Part shown: in pieces, positions 27,985-37,440 of the stretch
Position numbering within the stretch: position 1 is the stretch's first letter
Layout: the number at the start of each line of letters is the position of its first letter
The notes under the pieces: generated by a model
Database searches by the model: none
The model's input: the letters and a program-made list of their open reading frames with translations, nothing else
What the model was told of the DNA's origin: nothing
From: Berkelbacteria bacterium GW2011_GWE1_39_12
GTDB taxonomy: Bacteria; Patescibacteriota; UBA1384; UBA12157
NCBI GenBank assembly: GCA_001029735.1
Contig: CP011213.1
Location: 656,298-720,297 of the forward strand
DNA: 64,000 nt
Direction of reading: 5' to 3'
Made by a program: the position numbers and the translations under genes

Positions 27985-28099
27985 TTTATACCATTTCGAC
28001 GATTTTCGACCTTTTTCGACCAATACCGACAATTACCGACAATATCCGAGGTTTTTCGAGGATTTTCCACTATTTTCCATTAAAACCACTGTTTTCCAA
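27977..28099. repeat. 10-bp-phased pentamer array (YCGAC-like)
   Basis: Nine pentamers exactly 10 bp apart, 27996-28080, plus degenerate flanks. Confidence 0.8.
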
Positions 28100-28270
28100 T
28101 GAAATTCAAATTGCATCAATGATCACAAGATCTTCGACACCTGTTTGGCGCCGTGTGCCGATTTGTGCACTCCTTGCAGCGTTGGTCCAACTCATGCTCG
28201 ACAGATACAAGTGCTTGAACTATAATCAATGTAATATTACCTACCTATTTAATTAAACGTGGGGGGGGGA

Positions 28271-28918
28271 ATGATGGATATTGATAGAATATTTTGCGAA
28301 CCCAAATTTTCAAAAGATGAATACATCTCAAAATATGGTGATGGGTATTCTAATTTGTATTTATTAAGAAAAGACATCTGGTGGTGCCGCGGAATCGATC
28401 CAAGTACTAAAACTAAAATATCGAATGATGCCGGCGCTCCATTCGCGGCTTTTTTATTGATCAGGATTCTTTTTAACTACATCGTCCACCTCTCTGGTAC
28501 AGATTACCAAAATTACATAAGAAAATACTTACCAACAGATCTTTCTGCAAAAGAGGCTGAAATTTTAAACCGCCTACGAAATGCACTCGAGCACTTAAGC
28601 TACAACTTAGTATGGACGCCGGACATCAAAAAAGGTGAAAAAGGTAAAATAATTTATTTCGCAGTAACTGAAGAAAATACTGAATCTCTCATGGAAATGA
28701 TAGATGAACAAGAAAATGAAGAAACGTGGATCGTGAATATAGACCAATTACATCAGGCCATTGAATCATCTATAAATATTCTATACAAAGATGTGATCAA
28801 GAATGATCAACTCTCTAAAGATATATTAGCTCTTGCGGGTGCGCATAGCATGCATGTAGTAGAAAAGAAGATTTTATTAGATACAGTAAAAAGCAGAAGT
28901 AAAAGTCATAACATATGA
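28271..28918 (+). CDS. Hypothetical protein with HEPN-like RX4H motif
   Basis: LNRLRNALEH in helical context; preceded by G9 tract. Confidence 0.6.
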   Translation: MMDIDRIFCEPKFSKDEYISKYGDGYSNLYLLRKDIWWCRGIDPSTKTKISNDAGAPFAAFLLIRILFNYIVHLSGTDYQNYIRKYLPTDLSAKEAEILNRLRNALEHLSYNLVWTPDIKKGEKGKIIYFAVTEENTESLMEMIDEQENEETWIVNIDQLHQAIESSINILYKDVIKNDQLSKDILALAGAHSMHVVEKKILLDTVKSRSKSHNI

Positions 28919-30121
28919 AATTATTATTAAAACCTATAAATTCCTTTACCTTTCAGGATGTATCTGACTTCTGTTCCGAAGGCTATCTTGAAAATGTCCA
29001 ATTAGACTACAAAAAGGACTTTTCACCAAAAGGTGTCGCAAAGCATTTTGCATCTTTTTCTAATACCAGAGGGGGTCTAATTATATTTGGAGTTGAAGAG
29101 GATGAAAAGACTGGCAAACCTACAAAGTGGGATGGTTTGAACAATGATTGTAAATTTGAAGATCAAATATACCAACGACAAGGAAGGTAAGGTTTTTGTT
29201 TTATTAAGGATTTTTGAGGGAGATAGAACCCCATATTATATTCTTAACGACCCAAATATTTACATCAGAACCGGCAGTATAACAAAAAGATTTGAAGAAA
29301 TTGCACATCCCGATGTTCAAAAAATGCTCTTCGAAAAGAAGAATGAAGCCAAAAAGACATGTAATTTAAACAATGAAATAGCTGCTTCAATTTACGACAA
29401 CAAAATAAACCAGAGCCAGCTTGAATTAGACCGAATGAAAGCTACTGAATTACAAAAACCGGAAGAAGATAGAAAAAAATTGTTTTCCAAAAGATTAGGG
29501 ATTGATGGTGTTTCGATATCTGCCATAACCCTTCAGCCTTATTATCCGGCAAAAAACATGGTTCAGCCAAAAACACTAATGGATGAAATTAACGAATACA
29601 GGGTACTTCTACATCAAGCGCATTACCCACAACAAGAACGAAGTTTTACCCCTATACCAAATGGCATTTTTGCCTTCCATTATAACGATAGGAGTGGCGG
29701 CATAAGATCTGAACAAATATTTACGAACGGATTATTTTGCGACTATTTTGATATATCAGAATACAACCCAGATACAAAAGAAAAAGTATTAGCCATTTCA
29801 CACTTGATCGTGAGGCTAAAATTAATATTACATTCTGCTAGGAAATTTTACGTTAAATATGGTTATCAGGGTGGCCTAACTGGAAATATCAACATCACAA
29901 ATACTGCTGATGCAAGATTGGGCGATATACATAGATTTGATTGGGGTGATTTAGAGCTAACTTTCCTGCCCAGCTTGAACGTTCCATTTGAACTGGACAC
30001 TGTTATCCTAAATGACGATGAGAATCTGAAGTTGTTTCTAAGAGATAGAATCGAAGAGATATATTGGTGTTTTGGACTTGATGTTGTACCAAAAAGCCTC
30101 ATGGACGCATTGCTGGCATAG
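28915..30121 (+). pseudogene. Schlafen/AlbA_2 domain protein, split by frameshift near 29170
   Basis: ENVQLDYKK..FASFSNTRGGLIIFGVEED, continuing in another frame with VFVLLRIFEGDRTPY..IYIRTGS. Confidence 0.8.
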
Positions 30122-30352
30122 TGCTAATCCTTTAAGGGATATTGAAACCGTTGTCTAACTTGTATCTCTCGAATTCGAATGATAGGATCTAGCGCCAGCG
30201 CTTAGTTTCCTCAAGGATAGGGTGCAAACTTTTAACAATCAGCTCCACCAGTATCAAAATAACAGGTCAAAATCCTGTTTTTTTTGTATTAAAAAAGGCT
30301 CGCGAGGGGTCGTGATATTCTCACAAGCCTTTTTCGCGAGCCATTAGAATGC

Positions 30353-30745
30353 TCACCTTTTGAAGCCATCGAAATGACTTCCTTTGTGCTTGACGATATT
30401 TGGTGGAAATGCTGAGAGTTCCTCGGCGAAATGAGCAAGCTGTACTTTCTCTGCCTCAATTGCTTTCATTTGCTTGTTCAGTTGTTCGATTTGTAGCTCT
30501 ATGCCCAGTTTTCCAATTTCACTTGAATCAACATGGTCTTCGCATACGCTTCCGATGAACCACTCTTTTCCTTCTGCGTAGAGTAGAATGGCATAAAGTG
30601 GTTGTCCTGGGGTGACGGGCTCTTTACCCACAACGCATCGAATCTTTTTCCAGCCATTGTCGGAAAACCATGGTTCCGAAGGTGCTTTACTTGGACTTAT
30701 GACAATTCGGATTGCCGACTCTGACGTTGTTGAATTACTGTTCAT
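30353..30745 (-). CDS. Hypothetical protein
   Basis: GGAGG SD, TTGACT promoter, downstream hairpin; C-terminal coiled coil. Confidence 0.6.
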   Translation of the reverse strand: MNSNSTTSESAIRIVISPSKAPSEPWFSDNGWKKIRCVVGKEPVTPGQPLYAILLYAEGKEWFIGSVCEDHVDSSEIGKLGIELQIEQLNKQMKAIEAEKVQLAHFAEELSAFPPNIVKHKGSHFDGFKR

Positions 30746-31040
30746 TTCCGATCAGCCTCCTAGATGTGCGGTTTGTCTTTTTTAGACACTACATAATAGC
30801 ACATATAAAATTTAAAGTCAATCCTTTCAGTGATAATCATTTAAGGAATGTATCTAATATGTATTGTTCATAATCTAAATACAGAATTTCTCTCCATCTT
30901 CTGGTTTCAGCAATGATTTCGTGTAAACTTTTTCCGACCAGCTCCACTTAAATGAGAATCAGAGACCATTTCTGGTTCTTTTTTGTTATTACAAATAGTC
31001 GATAGTTAATTATTCCTATAGCCTATGATATGATCGTCTT

Positions 31041-31709
31041 ATGAAACTACTTTTAACCTCAACTGGAATTACCAATAAAACAATCGAAAATAAATTTATC
31101 GAAATGGTCGGCAAACAACCCGAAGAGATGATTGTGGCTTACATTCCAACGGCCGTAAATGTTGCTCGGCCAACGGATAAACGCTGGATTATTAATAATC
31201 TTATTGGTCTCGATAAAATGAAAATCGGAAAAATAGACCTTTTGGATTTCTCTGCGATTCCCCAAGAAATTTGGCTTCCAAGATTAAAACAAGCCGATGT
31301 AATCATGGTTGGTGGCGGAAACCCCTATCATTTGATCTATTCAATGAAAAAAGCTGGTTTAGATAAAGTTCTAAAAGAGCTATTGGAGGAAAAAGTTTAT
31401 GTTGGGTGTAGTGCAGGCTCGGTGATTTTAGGAAAAGATATTGTCACCACTGCCCCTAAAAAATATTGTGAAGAAATCCCTGAATTTGAAGGGGATAAAG
31501 CGTTAGAATATATTGATTTTAGTATTAGGCCACATTTTTATAATCCCGACCGTCCTCAGTACACCGATGAAACAACTCAAGAATTAACAAACAATTTTCA
31601 GTCAACTTTTTATGCCATTGACGACAATTCGGCAGTTGTAATAGATGATGATCAAGTAAACGTGATTTCTGAAGGCAAGTGGAAAAAGTTTGAACCGATA
31701 ACTAAGTAG
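31041..31709 (+). CDS. Peptidase E (S51) / class I glutamine amidotransferase-like
   Basis: KLLLTS.G, IPTA, VGGGN, YVGCSAG, IRPH. Confidence 0.88.
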   Translation: MKLLLTSTGITNKTIENKFIEMVGKQPEEMIVAYIPTAVNVARPTDKRWIINNLIGLDKMKIGKIDLLDFSAIPQEIWLPRLKQADVIMVGGGNPYHLIYSMKKAGLDKVLKELLEEKVYVGCSAGSVILGKDIVTTAPKKYCEEIPEFEGDKALEYIDFSIRPHFYNPDRPQYTDETTQELTNNFQSTFYAIDDNSAVVIDDDQVNVISEGKWKKFEPITK

Positions 31710-31858
31710 CTCTAAATATTTTCAAAAATAGAATCAGAATAAATCTCTGTTTTTTTGTATTATTAAACTCTTTAATATTGACTTATCTTTATTTTTGCCT
31801 TAAAATAAACAGTTCTTGAGTAACAAGAGCGCGTGATTTCGGAACTAGGAGGGTGCAC

Positions 31859-32956
31859 ATGAAAAAACTGCTTTTTATTTACCACGGTGGTACAATCGGT
31901 CAGATTCCGGAAATACGAGAGGGTGGCCGAATTATTCTTGTTGTGCCAGCTGATGGAAGTCAGTTTCGTGAGGTTTGCTTACCAATTATCAGTCAGTATG
32001 ATGACTTCTTTGAAACTACGTTCGAGGTCATTACTACAAAGGATTCGACGAACCTTAATCAGAAAGATTGGGAAAAGCTCATCTTTAGGATAAAGAAGGC
32101 ACAGGATGATGAAGGTTTCGATGCTGTCGCAATTGCACACGGGACGGACACGTTGCCCTATACTGCAACTGCTCTGTCTCTTGCGTTGCATGGAAGAACT
32201 CCTGGTAGAACAGGTCTACGAATTCCCGTTTGCGTCACAGGTGCCCAGAACCCGATTTATGACGAAAAAGGGGATGGGCGCACGAATCTTGCTCGTATGC
32301 TTGAAACTCTCAAGCAGGCGATCATCCTGGGTATTGCTGATGTGATGGTTAACTTCGACAAACGTGTATTGCTTGGTTGTCGGACGCTGAAAGTAAGTGA
32401 GCGACGATATGACGCTATGCAGTCATTGTCTTCGCCGGACGTTGGTGAAATTGATAGCTCAGGTGTCCATCTTAACTCGAGCTTACTTCGCAAAAGAGCA
32501 GATGCAGAAGACAAATTGCTTCTTGCACCGAAGTTCGGTCGTGGTGTGGTCGGCATTGAGCTTGTGCCAGGGCTTGAGCCAAGTCTGATTCTTGGATTTA
32601 TCGCCAATGGTGGTGTGGCTGGGATGGTTCTAAAGTCGCTAGGGGAAGGTAATGTTTGTTGTGAAGGTGAGTTCAGCCTAATCCCAGCAATCAAACGAGC
32701 GACTGAGGAATATATGACGCCGATTTTCATCACCACAAAGTTCGCTGGTGGAAGCTCGGGGGCATGTCATTACGAAACCGGTTACGAAGCCATAAAAGCT
32801 GGTGGCATTGCCTGTTTTGATCATACAGACGTGGCGGTTGATGTGAAGGTGATCTGGTTGATTGGCAATGGCATATGTGCCACTGTGGATGATTTCAAAA
32901 AAGCGATGGCTACAAGCTTCGCTGGTGAAGTTACTCCTCCTACAGAGTTGGTCTGA
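31859..32956 (+). CDS. L-asparaginase family protein
   Basis: HGGTI, KDSTN, HGTDT, VTGAQ, G.GN. Confidence 0.88.
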   Translation: MKKLLFIYHGGTIGQIPEIREGGRIILVVPADGSQFREVCLPIISQYDDFFETTFEVITTKDSTNLNQKDWEKLIFRIKKAQDDEGFDAVAIAHGTDTLPYTATALSLALHGRTPGRTGLRIPVCVTGAQNPIYDEKGDGRTNLARMLETLKQAIILGIADVMVNFDKRVLLGCRTLKVSERRYDAMQSLSSPDVGEIDSSGVHLNSSLLRKRADAEDKLLLAPKFGRGVVGIELVPGLEPSLILGFIANGGVAGMVLKSLGEGNVCCEGEFSLIPAIKRATEEYMTPIFITTKFAGGSSGACHYETGYEAIKAGGIACFDHTDVAVDVKVIWLIGNGICATVDDFKKAMATSFAGEVTPPTELV

Positions 32957-33407
32957 GATGATCGAACTTACGGGCCCCTCGTTATTGTTATACGAAGGGT
33001 CCTTTTTATATACGAATACATTTATATAACATAGCGCCAATCAAATAAGGGATGCATCTAATCTAAACCGCTCATATTCTGAATGCAGGATCTCTCTCCA
33101 GCGCCTGGTTTCGGCGATGATTTCGTGTAAACTTTTCCGACCAGCTCCACCAAACTTCGCCACAATAGATTGTGGCTTCGCTTGGCGAGCCATATATAAA
33201 AGCAGAAGTTTGCCCAGCGTAGTCCCACGCCGTTACACTCTGTGGTTCATTAGTACTCATCGGGAAGCATTTTTATTTGTATCTTTCGTAATCTGAATAA
33301 AGTATTTTTGTACAGCATGTTTTTATTAATTGAAAATATATTTAATTGTAAAAAGAGCTTTTTTGTGCTATCATCACTGATGGATTCTGAAAAGGAGGAT
33401 TTCCGAT

Positions 33408-33869
33408 ATGGTAAACGAGAAAGAGGGTACGTGTAACATCATTTCGTCCTTTGATCCCGGAATTTGGAGCGACATCCGCAGGGCCAATGAGTACATGACT
33501 CAGTCTGCAATGACACACTTCCTTAATGCCGAAGAAAGAATAGCACTAGCTCAGTTCATCAACGCTATGAGATGTGCATATGTTCGCTGGGAGGGCAACC
33601 CGGTGGAGGAACGTATAGCGGCGCTGAAAGCAATGCGGCTACCATCAGAAGATAATGGTCTGAATACAGTGAAACAAGTTGCACACGATGGGCACAACCC
33701 GTCTGAATTACGGATTATAGCTTTAAACAAACTCTACGAAGCCCAGATAAAGTTTAGTTTCAACGAACGGCCCGCTATTAGATCATTCATTCATGACATT
33801 AGTGTGCATGCATCCGATGATGCCGTTTGCACCGAGGCCCGACGCCTCTACCACCTTCTATCCATATAA
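33408..33869 (+). CDS. Hypothetical helical protein
   Basis: AAGGAGG SD, downstream hairpin terminator. Confidence 0.6.
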   Translation: MVNEKEGTCNIISSFDPGIWSDIRRANEYMTQSAMTHFLNAEERIALAQFINAMRCAYVRWEGNPVEERIAALKAMRLPSEDNGLNTVKQVAHDGHNPSELRIIALNKLYEAQIKFSFNERPAIRSFIHDISVHASDDAVCTEARRLYHLLSI

Positions 33870-34131
33870 GTGTCCCTAGGTCCCCGGAATGATTACATTC
33901 CGGGTTTTTTAAATTTTCGATTCGTCGGACTTCGACGAGATAAGGATCTGTTCCGAATCGATTTTGATGTAGACATGCGTGTATCGTCGGCTGTGAAGAT
34001 GTTTGTCAATGAGAGGAATTGGCAAGGGTAATTTGATAATACTAAAAGCATGTAGTTAAAAGTTTTTTTAGCTTATGTTATGATCATCGTATGAAACTAC
34101 TATTAACCTCGACAGATAATTGTTTGTAATT

Positions 34132-35214
34132 ATGAATATTTCACTTCAAAATTTAGGCTTTGATGAATACTTTGTAACACTCTGTAAAGAACTGCGGATC
34201 GAGCTAGATGCTGTGGCTCGAATCATTGCAGAACATAGGGGACTTTATATTGTCAAAAACCTGAAGGGTGATTTTCAAGCAAAAATTACTGGAAAACAAA
34301 TATTTACCGCATCTTCACGGGAAGACTATCCGGCAGTAGGAGACTGGGTTGTGATTAAAATGGCCGATGATAATCAAGCGATTATCAAACAGATATTGCC
34401 AAGAAAAACCATTCTTAGAAAAACGGTAGTTTCGCGAAAATCTACCGATAAAACAAAGAGCCAAATTATTGCCGCCAATGTTGATATTGCGTTCGTGGTG
34501 GAATCCGTAGACAGAGATTATAGCTTGAACCGTTTTGAAAGATATTTTTCTTTAGCTGAGGATGGAAAAGTTAAGCCCTCAATTATTTTAAACAAAGTGG
34601 ACTTAATTACGAAAGATGAGCTGGAAACTAAAATTGCTGAGATACAAAATCGATTTAAGGATTGCACGGTTGTCCCTACCAGCACAGCAACTCAAGAAGG
34701 CATAGAACTCTTAAAAAACTCACTGTATCCAGGAAAAACTTATTGCTTCCTGGGATCATCAGGAGTTGGTAAATCATCTTTGATCAATATTTTACTTGGT
34801 GAAAAAGTTGCAAAAACAGCAGAGGTCGGCCAGAGTACTGAAAGAGGTAAGCATACGACTACCCATCGCGAAATGTATTTTTTAAGTGGTGGAGGAATTG
34901 TGATCGATAACCCTGGAATGCGTGAAGTCGGTTTGGCTGATTCTACGGAAGGGGTTAAGACAACTTTCAATGAAATTGCAGATTTGGCAAAACAATGCCA
35001 ATTTACGGATTGCACACATATTCATGAATCTGGATGCGCTGTAAAAGAAGCGATAGATTCAGAATTATTCAGTAAGGAAAAGTATGAAAATTATATTCAA
35101 TTGAAAAAAGAAGCAGATCATTTAGAAATGACAAATTATGAAAAAAAGTATAAAGAAAAAAAATTCGGAAAAAGTTTGAAAAATTATCAGAAACGAATAA
35201 AAGATTTCGAATAG
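34132..35214 (+). CDS. rsgA: Ribosome small subunit-dependent GTPase A
   Basis: AVGDWV, NKVD, GSSGVGKS, GKHTTT, DNPG, CQFTDCTHIHESGC. Confidence 0.95.
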   Translation: MNISLQNLGFDEYFVTLCKELRIELDAVARIIAEHRGLYIVKNLKGDFQAKITGKQIFTASSREDYPAVGDWVVIKMADDNQAIIKQILPRKTILRKTVVSRKSTDKTKSQIIAANVDIAFVVESVDRDYSLNRFERYFSLAEDGKVKPSIILNKVDLITKDELETKIAEIQNRFKDCTVVPTSTATQEGIELLKNSLYPGKTYCFLGSSGVGKSSLINILLGEKVAKTAEVGQSTERGKHTTTHREMYFLSGGGIVIDNPGMREVGLADSTEGVKTTFNEIADLAKQCQFTDCTHIHESGCAVKEAIDSELFSKEKYENYIQLKKEADHLEMTNYEKKYKEKKFGKSLKNYQKRIKDFE

Positions 35215-35370
35215 AATTTTTTCTGGTATTTAGATTCTTGCAAAAAGACTGATGTATTCTTTTTTTAAATAACGTTGAAATGTGACAGCAGAGCATTTTT
35301 CTATTTATTTATCATCTTTGTAAGATTTTTGTATTAAAAAAGCAGGATTGGTTACCTGCTTGTTGTGAAA

Positions 35371-36161
35371 CTAGCCTGCACCGTCTGGCGCACCTACTTG
35401 GCTCAGTCCACCAGTACCATGGAGAAACACCATGGCGTCTTTATTGCCACCGCAAAGGACGTAAGTCGATGTGCCCAGTAAGATGCAATCGCGCTCTAAA
35501 ACGCCATTCCATGACGACAGTCCCCACTTGTCTGTAATGTAGAGCCGATCGCCGCCAAAGCAGACCTGTTCGGCTGCCTTGACCTTGTCCACCATCTGAA
35601 CTCGGCCTTTGGTACTGACAGTGTAAAGACGAGATTCCTTATTCTCGTCTGCCGTGAAGTAAATCACCCCACCTGGAGTGACAGTAATTGATTTCAGTTT
35701 CAATCCAAGGTTGACTACTGTCGGTTTGTTGTGATTAACAATAACCAGACAGCTGTCCCCACCAAACACCATTAGTTCAGCGGAGAATGCCGGTCGAACT
35801 GGCTTGACGAACGCTTGCTTGAACAGAACCTCCGAGTTGGTTCCACTATTCCAGCGTCTAAGCCGTCCATTTTTGTCATAACCGACTATCGTCCCACCAT
35901 CCGCGATCGGGCAACTCGTCCGAATTCCGGTTAGCTCCATGGGTGAAACGCCAAAGGGATCCTGGTTTGGGCGTATTTCGGCTACTTTCCGTCGACCAGC
36001 GCTAGAAATACTCCGTCGTTATAGCTGACGGAGTCAAAGTCAACCTGAGGGCTGATTTTGCCCAGGAAATCCAGAGGGCGGTCGGTGGGCGGGCCACCCG
36101 CCAAAACCGGTAGTGCAACCAACAAGATCAGTATTACTGAAAAACAGAGTAGCTTTTTCAT
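35371..36161 (-). pseudogene. Secreted beta-propeller-like protein with -1 frameshift near 35986
   Basis: GGAGGAG SD, signal peptide MKKLLCFSVILILLVALPVLA; frame switches into ORF 35371-35940. Confidence 0.65.
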
Positions 36162-36302
36162 TTCTCCTCCATAATCTCTTCCATATCACATGGAAGGAAT
36201 GCATGAGGTTAATTCAGCCTTTTTCATGAAAAAGTCAACACTTACAGTTGAACTTCGAGTGCTTAAGAATTTACAAAAGCTGGAGAGACAAAATAGAAAA
36301 CT

Positions 36303-36713
36303 TTATTTTTTTTCCAAGAGTTCTCTGTAGGCTTGTTCGTCGCCATAGGGTAAAAAATCTTCTTGATGTGGTTGTCGAATAAATCCGTTGACCTCTTTAT
36401 GTTTAATGCCGCACCAATATTTTTCTGTATCGCCACAAATTCTAACTAAATATGCCGCGAAACCATTGGCGTAACCGCAATACATGCAATAAAATTTGTC
36501 GAGTGGGGATAAATAAGTGAGCTTTTGGCGATCGATTCTGATATAGTTGCTTCTTTTTACGATCGGTATACCGTATAGCGGAAAGGCGACATGATGATAA
36601 ATCTCAAGAAAAAAGTCCAAAATTAGGAGTGGGATTGACATGCCCCAGATAAATGGCATGGCCAATCGATGTCTCAATGCTTTATGTGGGATTTTGGAAA
36701 TTTTTTTATACAT
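36303..36713 (-). CDS. Conserved hypothetical membrane protein (Cys-rich)
   Basis: R..YI.IDR, YCMYCGYANG, TEKYWCGIKH. Confidence 0.75.
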   Translation of the reverse strand: MYKKISKIPHKALRHRLAMPFIWGMSIPLLILDFFLEIYHHVAFPLYGIPIVKRSNYIRIDRQKLTYLSPLDKFYCMYCGYANGFAAYLVRICGDTEKYWCGIKHKEVNGFIRQPHQEDFLPYGDEQAYRELLEKK

Positions 36714-36816
36714 AAATATATTTAAACATGTTAGTTAAAGTTGTGCAACCGGTTGATTATCCTTTTCTGCTATGTTAGAATTATTTTGAAATCGGATTTC
36801 CATCTGGAGGCTTAAC

Positions 36817-37305
36817 ATGACAAGAGATTATGCGGTTGAGAACGTCAAGAAAGTATTGAGCAAAGCCATGACAGATGTTTTTGAAAAGCTTGACATCACG
36901 GTAATGGGTGTAGGCTGGTCACTTCGAACAAGAGACGATTATGTAATCGTCGAGAAAGATTTTATCGGCGGCTCAGGTGTTAGTCTGCCGGGGCGCGCAG
37001 AATGCCTCGATTTTGCTGACATATTCGTTCGCCAACTTTATATGTACCTGTGCGCCAAAGGTAATGTGTTGAGCCGCCAAAGCGGCGAACAGCCAGGTGC
37101 CATTGTCACCGATCATTATATCTTTTCTATTTATGGTCAACATTCGCCGGCGCTGGCCGATGAAACTATCTGTCTCGTCGCCGCTGTTCGTCTTGGCTGG
37201 ATCACTCTGACAAAGGCCATCGAAATGGCCAAGATTACTGATGACAATCATCCAGACGGAAATACAGTTTTCCTTGGAAACAATTGGAATTTGCATGATC
37301 TCTAG
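36817..37305 (+). CDS. Hypothetical protein
   Basis: GGAGG SD, terminator after stop. Confidence 0.6.
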   Translation: MTRDYAVENVKKVLSKAMTDVFEKLDITVMGVGWSLRTRDDYVIVEKDFIGGSGVSLPGRAECLDFADIFVRQLYMYLCAKGNVLSRQSGEQPGAIVTDHYIFSIYGQHSPALADETICLVAAVRLGWITLTKAIEMAKITDDNHPDGNTVFLGNNWNLHDL

Positions 37306-37342
37306 ACCGAATAAAATCGGTCTTTTTTAATTAAAAATTACG

Positions 37343-37371
37343 TTGACAAGATGTAAAGAACACTTTACAAT
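37343..37371 (+). promoter_or_regulatory. Sigma70 promoter with overlapping palindromic operator
   Basis: TTGACA-17-TACAAT containing TGTAAAG-AACA-CTTTACA. Confidence 0.75.
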
Positions 37372-37440
37372 GAGCTTGAAAGAAATAAAAAATGGACAAG
37401 CAAAGCTTGTCGCGGAATTTTTCTAAATAAAGAGAAAAAT

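Larger units (their letters stand above)
27759..33152. mobile_element. Decayed tandem genomic islands integrated at tmRNA 3' end
   Basis: CAGCTCCAC(CA) repeats at 30240, 30939, 33142; recombinase remnant adjacent to ssrA. Confidence 0.8.

Noticed and set aside
27924-28256. 110-aa ORF on + strand
   Set aside because: Overlaps the antisense recombinase remnant and the phased repeat array; no SD or motif
32257-32736. 159-aa antisense ORF and similar antisense ORFs inside long genes
   Set aside because: Fully overlap well-supported genes on the opposite strand; no independent signals
27759-33152. Active autonomous integrative element or true integron
   Set aside because: No intact integrase and no attC-like structures; the recombinase pieces carry stops and frameshifts
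33072-33260. 62-aa ORF on - strand
   Set aside because: Off-frame reading across an att copy and a palindrome; the conserved frame is the recombinase tail
35980-35990. Stop-codon recoding (TAG readthrough or alternative genetic code)
   Set aside because: The downstream part is in a different frame, and all core genes read cleanly with code 11
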